Shown here: positions 28,455 through 36,803 of the stretch, piece by piece
How the letters are laid out: every line of letters begins with the position of its first letter
Numbering within the stretch: the first letter of the stretch is position 1
Source of the DNA: Candidatus Saccharimonadales bacterium
Lineage (GTDB): Bacteria > Patescibacteriota > Saccharimonadia > Saccharimonadales > JBBQYC01
Reading direction: 5' to 3'
Assembly: GCA_038209015.1 (NCBI GenBank)
Contig: JBBQYC010000003.1
Span: 1 to 36,830 of the forward strand
DNA: 36,830 bases
Notes under the pieces: generated by a model
The model's input: only the letters and a program-made list of their open reading frames with translations
Told to the model about the DNA's origin: nothing
The model's database searches: none
Position numbers and translations under genes: made by a program

Positions 28455-28781
28455 ATGGCATATGACGGTCAAAATCTAAGCCATATAGAGCCAAACGAAT
28501 TCAGTGATACTGACCGAAGAATGGCATATGAGATGGTACGTAATGCTGCTGAAGGCCGTCCGGTTTCGGCTGCAGCTATACTGCGGCTAAGTCACCTTGA
28601 AAAACACGGCAGTACCGTACAAGCGCCTTATTTCTTAAAACAACTAGGATTATGTGCGCGAGTAGATATCGATATTGATTTGCCAGTTGGTGAAAGCGGG
28701 CTTCCAAATAAGCATGATTTTGATAATGTGTATGGAACCATTTGGCGCCTACAGGGCAATGAGTTAGCAGATAATAAGTAA
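28455..28781 (+). CDS. Hypothetical protein inserted between rplK and rplA
   Basis: 108-aa ATG ORF 4 nt after the rplK stop; fills the gap; no known motif. Confidence 0.65.
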   Translation: MAYDGQNLSHIEPNEFSDTDRRMAYEMVRNAAEGRPVSAAAILRLSHLEKHGSTVQAPYFLKQLGLCARVDIDIDLPVGESGLPNKHDFDNVYGTIWRLQGNELADNK

Positions 28782-28789
28782 AATAATTA

Positions 28790-28816
28790 GTGGGAGTTGA
28801 AAAACGTTTGAACCAC
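28790..28816 (+). promoter_or_regulatory. L1-binding translational operator upstream of rplA
   Basis: GTGG-GAG...GAA-CCAC hairpin immediately before the AAGGAG SD, matching the known L1 mRNA target pattern. Confidence 0.7.
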
Positions 28817-28829
28817 GAAGGAGAATACA

Positions 28830-29864
28830 ATGGCAGAAGAAAAGACGAAAAAGGACCTAAAAGCAAAAGCGGCAGACAAAGAAGCTGCTACGCTTCCAGC
28901 TAAGCCAACCAAGAAGCAAGATAAGCTATCTGCATCAAAAACTTTGAAAGCCGAAACTGCAGCTACTGAAGCTAAGCAAGAGGTTGCAGAATTAGTTGAA
29001 GATACGCAATTGGAAGTACAAGCACCAGTAAAATCCGCTGCTAAGGCCGGTAAAAGAAGTGTTAAAGGTCAAAAAGAAGCAGAAGAAAAAAAGGCTAAAC
29101 ATGAGAGTCAGAAAGACGCTGATGATACAGAAGAACAACCAAAAAAACCAGTAAAGGCAACACGAAGCTTACTAGAACGACGCGGCAAGAAATACCGCGA
29201 GGCTCAAAAGTTAATAGAAGCCGAAAAGTCATACGGGCTTAAAGAAGCCGTTGAATTAGTTATTAAGACATCCACAGTTGCATTCGATGCCAGCGCAGAA
29301 CTACATGTTCGCTTGGGGGTTGATCCAAGACACGCTGACCAAAACGTTCGCGACACGGTCGTACTACCTGCGGGCACCGGTAAAGAAGTTCGTATCGCAG
29401 TATATGCTGACGCAGACGGTGTCAAAGCAGCAAAAGCTGCTGGTGCTGATATTGCGGGTACCGAAGAATTTCTAGAACTGCTTGATAAAGAAAAGATTGA
29501 TTTTGATGTACTGATTGCACAGCCTCAAATGATGGCGAAACTTGGTAAATACGCTCGAATGCTAGGTCCAAAAGGACTAATGCCAAATCCTAAGAGCGGC
29601 ACCGTTGCAGCTGACGTAGCCAAAGCTGTTAAAGAAGCTAAGGCCGGCCGCGTAGAATACCGTGTAGATTCGTACGGTATCGTTCACGTAGCTTTCGGAA
29701 AAATTAGCTTTGGAGCAGGCAAACTACAAACTAATTTAGAGGCTATAATTGCCAGCATTAAAGGCAATAAACCAGCAAGCATCAAAGGCAGCTATGTTAA
29801 AGCGGCTTATGTTACATCTAGTATGGGTCCATCAATACCAGTTGAAATAAGCGCATTACAATAA
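28830..29864 (+). CDS. rplA: 50S ribosomal protein L1 with ~115-aa charged N-terminal extension
   Basis: LGVDPRHADQNVR..VVLPAGTGK, LGPKGLMPNPKSGTV, SSMGPS. Confidence 0.97.
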   Translation: MAEEKTKKDLKAKAADKEAATLPAKPTKKQDKLSASKTLKAETAATEAKQEVAELVEDTQLEVQAPVKSAAKAGKRSVKGQKEAEEKKAKHESQKDADDTEEQPKKPVKATRSLLERRGKKYREAQKLIEAEKSYGLKEAVELVIKTSTVAFDASAELHVRLGVDPRHADQNVRDTVVLPAGTGKEVRIAVYADADGVKAAKAAGADIAGTEEFLELLDKEKIDFDVLIAQPQMMAKLGKYARMLGPKGLMPNPKSGTVAADVAKAVKEAKAGRVEYRVDSYGIVHVAFGKISFGAGKLQTNLEAIIASIKGNKPASIKGSYVKAAYVTSSMGPSIPVEISALQ

Positions 29865-29884
29865 GTTTCCTGTACAATAAGCCT

Positions 29885-30640
29885 ATGCTTATTTTAGGAG
29901 TTGGTGGGCCAATTGGCCACGGTAAATCCACGTTTGCGCAAGAACTCGCAGCTCTTGAGCCTGCGACCGTACATTTTGAATCGAGTCAGATTATTAGTGA
30001 AGTTGCTGATAGATTACACAAACGACTCAGCTCAATACCTGATCCATACAACATTGATGCCTTGAATGTCTGGATGCGCGCCCTTCCAGCCATTTTGGAA
30101 GATGTCGTTCATGTATCGTGCGACTATGATCAGATAAAACTAGATGAGAATGAAGTTGCTACCCATCCAGTTAAATTTCAAAAACTTATCATGCACGTTG
30201 AAAATCTTCGGCGTCGACCGTCCCTAGCAAAAACGAAAATTACAGCAGTTAATAAGGAAACCTACCGTCCATTTCTCCAATGGCTAGGGGGATATCTTGT
30301 AGAGAAAGTAAATAGTGGTATTTGGTACAACGAGATCGTTAGACGGATCCACGCCGTAGACACGGCTGGGGCAAAGTTATGCATAGTCGGGGGTCTTCGG
30401 TATCCAAGCGATGCTGCAATATTGCGCGCTGCTGGCGCTACAATCATACATATTTACCGTCCAGGTCATATCCAAAGCGATATGCTGGATCCGACCGAAC
30501 GAGAACGGCAAAACATACAAGTAGACTGCACAGTTATGAGCAATGGCTCGATTGAGCAACTTCGTCGAACGGCTGAAATGTTTTTAGAAGATTTAGCAGG
30601 ACGAAAACTACAAAAAATTTATAAAACAAATGCTCATTAA
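29885..30640 (+). CDS. Deoxynucleoside monophosphate kinase-like P-loop protein
   Basis: GPIGHGKST, RPFLQWLG..IW, LRYPSD, similar to the phage-type dNMP kinase pattern; TACAAT 6 nt before ATG. Confidence 0.7.
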   Translation: MLILGVGGPIGHGKSTFAQELAALEPATVHFESSQIISEVADRLHKRLSSIPDPYNIDALNVWMRALPAILEDVVHVSCDYDQIKLDENEVATHPVKFQKLIMHVENLRRRPSLAKTKITAVNKETYRPFLQWLGGYLVEKVNSGIWYNEIVRRIHAVDTAGAKLCIVGGLRYPSDAAILRAAGATIIHIYRPGHIQSDMLDPTERERQNIQVDCTVMSNGSIEQLRRTAEMFLEDLAGRKLQKIYKTNAH

Positions 30641-30782
30641 TCAAATAATGACAATTGTTTTGGGCTACAAAATCTGCGAAGTTAATAGCATAAGCACTAT
30701 CACCCCATATATTTGTATATATTACAACGTTTAATTCCTGTTTAACCTTGCGTCATGCTTTTGACAATACGTACAATGAAAC

Positions 30783-30916
30783 AGTTGAATGCCTTTTATA
30801 GCATTCGAGGGAGTAATTTTGGGAGTACTATCAGGTACGTATAAAGTATAGTGATATATACCAAACGACCTGTCCATTGCAGTTCAACAACTGCTATGCT
30901 GCTAAGATGCTCAACT
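30783..30916 (+). ncRNA. Candidate structured RNA (6S-like rod or dcd leader)
   Basis: TTGCGT-18-TACAAT promoter; nested pairings AGTTGA/TCAACT, TAGCAT/ATGCTG, CAGGT/ACCTG, GTATA/TATAC. Confidence 0.4.
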
Positions 30917-30955
30917 CACATGATTTTGATCTACTAAATAACATGAGAGGGTAGT

Positions 30956-31669
30956 GTGTCCGTATACAGCAATAAACAAATCCGTGAAGCATATGATGAG
31001 GGCCACATTGTATGCGTACCCTTTGATAAAAAACATGTCAGCGAGGCAAGTCTCGATGTAACACTCGGCTACTATTACTATCGTACAGATCAGTCAAAGC
31101 GAGGGTTCGTATACAATCCATTCGACCAGCATGACGTCAGTCGTTATTTCGGCGAAATTCATCAGGCAATACCCCATCAAGACTGGTGCCACCAGAATGG
31201 AGTTAAGCTTCTAGAAGGTATTCCACCTGAGCATCCGGTAATCCCGTTGCAACCAGGTGAGCGAATCTTGGCGCATACCCATGAATTCTTTGGCATTAAA
31301 CCTCCGGGTGCCGCAGAAGTTAAATCGCGCTCCTCTTGGGGAAGAAATGGCGTTGCTGTCTGTTTTGACGCTGGCTGGATTGACCCAGGTTATATCAACC
31401 GGTTAACACTCGAAATTTATAATCTAAATATGCATGAAACCGTGCTTCTGCCGGTAGGTGAGCGTATAGCGCAAATCATTTTCCATGCTACGGGAGAAGT
31501 CGAGGGCAGTTATGGTGATGGACGAGACAAAGGCTTTAGCGGTAAGTATCAGTCTGGTAATGATTTAGATACACTTATCGAATTATGGACTCCGGACCAA
31601 ATGCTTCCGCGTGCTTATAAAGACAGCCGGTCACTACCTCAGAAAATTAACCGTTTAAAAGCCCGATAA
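30956..31669 (+). CDS. dcd: dCTP deaminase (dUTPase-like superfamily)
   Basis: ASLDVTLG, LAHTHE, KSRSSWGR.G, AGWIDPGY...LTLEI.N, GERIAQIIF, KYQ. Confidence 0.9.
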   Translation: MSVYSNKQIREAYDEGHIVCVPFDKKHVSEASLDVTLGYYYYRTDQSKRGFVYNPFDQHDVSRYFGEIHQAIPHQDWCHQNGVKLLEGIPPEHPVIPLQPGERILAHTHEFFGIKPPGAAEVKSRSSWGRNGVAVCFDAGWIDPGYINRLTLEIYNLNMHETVLLPVGERIAQIIFHATGEVEGSYGDGRDKGFSGKYQSGNDLDTLIELWTPDQMLPRAYKDSRSLPQKINRLKAR

Positions 31670-31680
31670 AGGAGTCAAAT

Positions 31681-33984
31681 ATGCCACGTGGAACATTCAT
31701 AGTTATTGAAGGAACGGACGGCTCCGGTAAGGGTACTCAGTTTGAGCTTTTGGCAAAGCGTCTTCGTAGTGATGGCCATGATGTCGTCACATTCGATTTT
31801 CCTCAGTATGATCAACCAAGCAGTTATTTCGTTCAACAATACCTGAACGGGAACTATGGTACTGCGGCTGATATTGGACCGTATACCGGATCTCTCTTTT
31901 ATGCGCTCGACAGATTTGAGGCAGCGCAGTCCATTCGTGAAGCAATTGATAGCGGCAAAGTCGTGCTAGCTAACCGCTTCACCGGTAGCAACATGGCCCA
32001 CCAAGGTACAAAGTTTCATAACGCAGAAGAACGACGCGGATATTTCATATGGCTTGATAATTTAGAATTCCAGATGTTGAATATCCCTCGCCCCGATAGG
32101 TCTGTCGTGCTGCGCGTGCCTGCTGAAATCGCACAAACCCTTATAGAAAAAAAAGCAAAACGGATCTACACCGATAAATCCAAAGATATACTAGAGGCTG
32201 ATCTAGAGCATCAGAGACTGGCCGTACAAGTCTTTGATGACATGTGCCAGCTGTTTCCAAAAGATTTCGTAAGAATCGACTGTACGCGGAATAATGAACT
32301 GTTAAGCATAGAAACTATCAGCGAAATGCTTCATACCTCCATAAAACCGCTGCTGCCGCCTCCAAGCACCACAGATGCGTCAAGTATCCAGAGCAAGCCA
32401 TCGAACCCCTATCTGACAAAAGAAGGCTCTACTTATACTGTCACCCCAGCTGGTACATCTTTTCTGAAAGCGGCAATTACAAGCACAACTGATAACGTAT
32501 ATGCCTTTAATAGTACTCTCAGCCCGCTTACCATTGCGGCAGCTATGGCACGACTGTCCCGCCGCGGTGATGATATGCGTATTACCATCCTCGATGAGTT
32601 TGCGACAGCCCACGGTAAAGACGAAAAACTACTTCAGAGAGTTATTACGGCATACGGCGATGATTCCGTTCAGCAGCTTGTAGGTCAACATTTTGTAGTT
32701 GAAGGTGCTAGCAACTTGCTTACTAAAAAACTAGAGTGGGGCAGACTCGCATCATACCTAGAACAATCAACCCGATATATATTTTTTGATCAGAAAAATG
32801 CTGACGGAAAATACAAGTACTACACACCAGACTATTTACCCGCACACCTTGTCGCTGAATATAACCGTGTAATGAACGAGATATTTGATAAGTATTCTGA
32901 AATGGTACATAAGGCAACTGATTACGTTCGAGGAAACTCTGCAGTTCCGAAAGAAGAGCAAGATATTGCGTGGATCGGTGCTACACGAGCGCAGGCATGC
33001 GACGCAGTACGCCCGGTGCTCCCCGTAGCCACTCAGGCTACAGTTGGAATTTATGCCTCTGGTCAGGCGCTAGAAAATCTCATAATGAATCTGATGTCAG
33101 ATGATTTACCAGAAGCCCGTGAAACTGGAAAGAAGATACTCGAACATGCTCGTCAAACTATACCGACATTTTTGGAGCGTGCCGACAAGCCTGAACGAGG
33201 GGGAGCGACAATTGCTTACCGTGCGCAAACAAGAAAAAACATGAAACAGCTTACCAACGATCTGTTACCACAAGGCCATGCGCATGCCGGCCAAGCGGTT
33301 ACTCTTAGCTCATTCTGGCCAAAGAACGAATTAGATTTAGTACCGGATATGCTCTATGAACACAGTGACCTACCACTCGAAACACTCAGAGAGAAACTAT
33401 CTCAACTGCCAATCACCCGTAAATACGATATCTTCAGCACATATATCGGTGAGCGTTTAAATCGACGCCATAAACCAGGTCGGGCATTAGAAAAAGCTCA
33501 CTATAGCTGGGACCTGGTGTGTGATTATGGAATCTTCCGGGATCTGCAACGCCATCGAATTGTCGATGATCTTCAGTGGCAGTTGCTTACTCCACGATAC
33601 GGGTATGAGATTCCAAAACTTATCGAGGATGCCGGATTAACTGATTTGTTCGAAGAGTGTTTTGATTTAAGTCTCCAGCTTTTCAGTAAAATTCAAAGCG
33701 AAGGCTACGAATATGAGGCGCAGTATGCAACACTGCTTGGCCACAAGATGCGATGGAAGGTCACATATAATGCCCGTGAAGCCTTTCACCTGCACGAACT
33801 TCGTACTAGTCCGCAAGGACATCCAGGCTATCGCAAATTAGTTCTAGATATGCATGAGAAACTGAGTGAAGTACATCCTATGATTGGAGATGCCATGAAG
33901 TTTGTGAACCAAGGCGAAGACGAAGAGCTTACACGGCTTGCAGCAGAACGCTACACGCAGTTCAAGCTGAATGAACTGTCATAA
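31681..33984 (+). CDS. thyX: Thymidylate kinase fused to tandem-domain FAD-dependent thymidylate synthase
   Basis: N-terminal Tmk: IEGTDGSGKGTQ, FYALDR, NRFTGSNMAHQG; C-terminal ThyX: YGDDSV, YLEQSTRY, RDLQRHR, ELRT..QGH..YR. Confidence 0.92.
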   Translation: MPRGTFIVIEGTDGSGKGTQFELLAKRLRSDGHDVVTFDFPQYDQPSSYFVQQYLNGNYGTAADIGPYTGSLFYALDRFEAAQSIREAIDSGKVVLANRFTGSNMAHQGTKFHNAEERRGYFIWLDNLEFQMLNIPRPDRSVVLRVPAEIAQTLIEKKAKRIYTDKSKDILEADLEHQRLAVQVFDDMCQLFPKDFVRIDCTRNNELLSIETISEMLHTSIKPLLPPPSTTDASSIQSKPSNPYLTKEGSTYTVTPAGTSFLKAAITSTTDNVYAFNSTLSPLTIAAAMARLSRRGDDMRITILDEFATAHGKDEKLLQRVITAYGDDSVQQLVGQHFVVEGASNLLTKKLEWGRLASYLEQSTRYIFFDQKNADGKYKYYTPDYLPAHLVAEYNRVMNEIFDKYSEMVHKATDYVRGNSAVPKEEQDIAWIGATRAQACDAVRPVLPVATQATVGIYASGQALENLIMNLMSDDLPEARETGKKILEHARQTIPTFLERADKPERGGATIAYRAQTRKNMKQLTNDLLPQGHAHAGQAVTLSSFWPKNELDLVPDMLYEHSDLPLETLREKLSQLPITRKYDIFSTYIGERLNRRHKPGRALEKAHYSWDLVCDYGIFRDLQRHRIVDDLQWQLLTPRYGYEIPKLIEDAGLTDLFEECFDLSLQLFSKIQSEGYEYEAQYATLLGHKMRWKVTYNAREAFHLHELRTSPQGHPGYRKLVLDMHEKLSEVHPMIGDAMKFVNQGEDEELTRLAAERYTQFKLNELS

Positions 33985-34031
33985 CGAATCTCTTAACACA
34001 GTTAGCATAATATAATCAGAACGAGAACCGT

Positions 34032-34466
34032 TTAGTCCGCTAATGCAAATTTTATGGCAGACTGGCCGGCGTTTTGCAAAGATTGGTTTTGACGTTCTAT
34101 TTCGAGATTTCTGAGTTCGCCTCCAAGGTAGTAAACACCGTAGATACGGCCATCATCATATGCCTGAACCTGCCAAGCCAATTTAGTGTCGGTAAGATCT
34201 AGTACTTCTATGTCCTCGTATAATCCATGACTGGCCCTTTCGAGATCTGTCTCGGTAAGCCCGAGTTCGGCCATAAAGCACTCATGTTGACGTACATGTT
34301 CAGCAACATCAAAACAGAAGTAAGCAGTAAATGACCGCTTCGGATCGTCTGGATCCAGGCAACGTAGTAACGATGCTATCTTATCAGCTGCTACTTCTTT
34401 TGGTTCTTTCAGCTCCAAGGTGTGCAATCCTTCTTCTGGATGATCGAATTCTAAATATGTTGACAC
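34032..34466 (-). CDS. Hypothetical protein (144 aa)
   Basis: GTG start with GAGGT SD immediately after a leader terminator; acidic, no known motif. Confidence 0.7.
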   Translation of the reverse strand: MSTYLEFDHPEEGLHTLELKEPKEVAADKIASLLRCLDPDDPKRSFTAYFCFDVAEHVRQHECFMAELGLTETDLERASHGLYEDIEVLDLTDTKLAWQVQAYDDGRIYGVYYLGGELRNLEIERQNQSLQNAGQSAIKFALAD

Positions 34467-34481
34467 GTTATATACCTCATT

Positions 34482-34670
34482 AAAAAACCGGACCCGCTAG
34501 TGCTTGGTGTCCGGTTTGTGTTTTTGTCGAATGTTATTGAACCGCGGCCAAGCCTATCGTATGCGTACCTTCACAAAACCGTACATTGGACGGCCTAAGA
34601 CGAGCTGGATAATTGTTTGGGTTTGATTCTTCACAATATCGACTGTACACCCAGCAAAATAGCTTGTCAA
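34482..34670 (-). promoter_or_regulatory. Promoter, leader uORF and attenuator-like terminator
   Basis: TTGACA-17-TACAGT; uORF 34634-34554; terminator AAACCGGAC...GTCCGGTTTTTT (34517-34482); competing strand at 34553-34540. Confidence 0.6.
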
Positions 34671-34820
34671 ATAGTAATTGTTGTTCTATCTTATGGTTAA
34701 TGAAATCAATCGTATTTTCTATGCAGCACCTTCTCAGCCCCCATGGGCTGTGCTTCATTACGATTGAAGCCTAATCTCTTGTAGATTCCAGTACAGCCCA
34801 TATAAACGGCTTCAATCTAC
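34664..34820 (+). promoter_or_regulatory. Divergent promoter, uORF and crossing-stem leader
   Basis: TTGTCA-17-TATCTT; uORF 34700-34774; stems 34743-54/34790-801 and 34762-71/34808-17. Confidence 0.5.
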
Positions 34821-34844
34821 GAATTATTTAACGGAGGTTATAAG

Positions 34845-35045
34845 ATGGATAGTCCAAGATATGAATCGTTTCCCAGTCAGTCATGGGATAGCTGGCACCA
34901 GATAGAGGATATAGATTACGAAGAAGTAGCTACATTGAATATACATAGTCGGCAAATTACATTTGATGCCGATTCCATACTGCGACTTGCGGTAGTACAG
35001 CGTGGAAACGTCGAAGACAAGCGCGCATTTGATAGTGAACCTTGA
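34845..35045 (+). CDS. Hypothetical protein (66 aa)
   Basis: Strong SD GGAGGT before ATG. Confidence 0.65.
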   Translation: MDSPRYESFPSQSWDSWHQIEDIDYEEVATLNIHSRQITFDADSILRLAVVQRGNVEDKRAFDSEP

Positions 35046-35177
35046 CATTACAGTATGTTGGAGGATGATAAACGTATGGCTTACACACGTATCACTATTG
35101 TGATTACAACCCCACACCTCAAGCGGGCGTAAGTTTACATTTGTCAAAAATAAGCGACCCCGCAAGGGGTCGTTTTT
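35042..35177 (+). promoter_or_regulatory. Promoter, Thr/Ile/Val-rich leader peptide and terminator
   Basis: TTGACA-16-GATGAT; uORF 35076-35132 MAYTRITIVITTPHLKRA; terminator GCGACCCC-GCAA-GGGGTCGTTTTT. Confidence 0.65.
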
Positions 35178-35195
35178 AATTCCAAAGGAGGAATT

Positions 35196-35534
35196 ATGAG
35201 TGTAGTGTTACCATCTAAGGAGTTTCTCGAGAGAGACTATTTGAGTTTCGAGGCTTCACAAGGACCGAGACCGCTGAATCTTGTGGATCTATTGGAACGA
35301 ACATCTTCATCGAGTACGATTACTCATATTCGTATGCTTGACGGCAAGGTTATCAAACCGGAACATATGCCCCAACTATATGGGTTTTCGTATGACCAAT
35401 GGCGACTTATACGGGCCGAACTGCCTGACTGGCATTTGCGCCCAGAAGCGGTCCATACTGAACTTGGTGGCATAGCGCTCTCCCTAGATGCATTTGAAGC
35501 CAGTCACAAGCATATAAACCTAGGACATGAGTAG
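35196..35534 (+). CDS. Hypothetical protein (112 aa)
   Basis: Perfect SD AAGGAGG before ATG; no known motif. Confidence 0.72.
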   Translation: MSVVLPSKEFLERDYLSFEASQGPRPLNLVDLLERTSSSSTITHIRMLDGKVIKPEHMPQLYGFSYDQWRLIRAELPDWHLRPEAVHTELGGIALSLDAFEASHKHINLGHE

Positions 35535-35676
35535 TTGCATTAACAGATATAAAATGCTATATTCAATCAGTTACCAAAGACAGTAGCCGCAGTAATGCTT
35601 AATCCGCTACCGAGGTGCCAATCAATTTTTTGTTTTGAGCACATAACTGACCTCTTGGTAACCCAAGGGGTCTTTT
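35535..35676 (+). promoter_or_regulatory. rplJL promoter and L10 leader with terminator
   Basis: TTGCAT-17-TATATT; CCAAAGACAGTAG...TTAAT..CTACCGAGG matches the L10-leader pattern; terminator GACCTCTTGG-TAAC-CCAAGGGGTCTTTT. Confidence 0.85.
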
Positions 35677-35803
35677 GGTATATAACACAGTTCGTCCGGT
35701 CGATAACGAACTACATTAACAAATTTCATGCATCAATATTCACTACTTTCGCGTTGATAGTAATTGGAAATTGATACTTGAGTAATCCTCCCGAGGAGGG
35801 TAG

Positions 35804-36328
35804 ATGGCATTATCTAAAGATAAGAAAGATGCAATTGTACAGGAAGTTACGGATCTGTTAGCAAGTTCAAAACTGACTGTCATAACGCAGTACCAAGGAA
35901 CACCAGTAAAAGCGTTGCAACAGCTACGCCGCGATGGAAATGAAACCGGTACCGTCATGAAAGTAGTTAAGAACCGTCTAGTGATCAAAGCTTTGCAGTC
36001 TCGAAATGAGACGAAAGACCTTGATACGAGCGAGCTTAACGGTATGCTCCTGTACGCATTCAATGACAGCGATGAAGTAGCTCCGGCTAAAACTATCGCT
36101 GAATTCGCCAAGAAACAGCAGACATTGCAGTTTGTTGGTGCTATATCACCTGAAGGTACATTTTTGAGTGCTGATGAGGTAACCGCCTTAGCAACACTTC
36201 CAAGTAAGAACGATCTTATTGCACAAGTTTTAGCAACGCTCAGCTCACCGCTGAACGACGTTGTAAACGGCTTGTCTGGCAATTTACACGGCTTACTAGA
36301 CGGAGTAGAAGCAAAAGCAGCCGCCTAA
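35804..36328 (+). CDS. rplJ: 50S ribosomal protein L10
   Basis: YQG..V..LQQLR, VVKNRL, LATLPSK..LIAQ; lies between the L10 leader and rplL. Confidence 0.96.
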   Translation: MALSKDKKDAIVQEVTDLLASSKLTVITQYQGTPVKALQQLRRDGNETGTVMKVVKNRLVIKALQSRNETKDLDTSELNGMLLYAFNDSDEVAPAKTIAEFAKKQQTLQFVGAISPEGTFLSADEVTALATLPSKNDLIAQVLATLSSPLNDVVNGLSGNLHGLLDGVEAKAAA

Positions 36329-36394
36329 GGCCACAGACAATAGATTGTCGAAATTATATCTATAACTATTAACTATATAAATTGGAGATTTAAC

Positions 36395-36775
36395 ATGGCA
36401 GATTTAAAGAAACTCGCAGAACAGCTGACAGGATTGACTGTTCTAGAAGTCAACGAACTTAAGACAATTTTAAAAGATGAATACGGTATTGAACCAGCTG
36501 CTGCTGCAGTTGCAGTTGCCGGCCCAGCTGCCGGTGGTGACGCTGGTCCAGCAGAAGATGAAAAGAGCGAATTCGATGTCGTTCTTAAAGACGCTGGTGC
36601 GCAAAAAGTAGCAGTTATCAAGGCTGTTAAAGAGATTACGGGTCTTGGTCTTGGTGAAGCGAAAGCAATCGTCGATGGCGCTCCTAAGACAGTGCTTGAA
36701 AAAGCCGCTAAGGAAGATGCAGAGAACGCCAAGAAAGCATTGGAAGATGCTGGCGCAACTGTTGAACTAGCTTAG
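36395..36775 (+). CDS. rplL: 50S ribosomal protein L7/L12
   Basis: [45 protein letters not shown]. Confidence 0.98.
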   Translation: MADLKKLAEQLTGLTVLEVNELKTILKDEYGIEPAAAAVAVAGPAAGGDAGPAEDEKSEFDVVLKDAGAQKVAVIKAVKEITGLGLGEAKAIVDGAPKTVLEKAAKEDAENAKKALEDAGATVELA

Positions 36776-36803
36776 TTTATAGGTCAGTAAACAGCTAATA
36801 ATT

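Noticed and set aside
30698-30720. Possible NrdR box upstream of dcd
   Set aside because: CCCCATATATTTGTAT does not align with the 16-bp palindromic consensus and there is no tandem second box
34534-35165. Minus-strand ORFs 34534-34758 and 34881-35165
   Set aside because: They cross promoters and leaders and oppose better-supported SD-led ORFs
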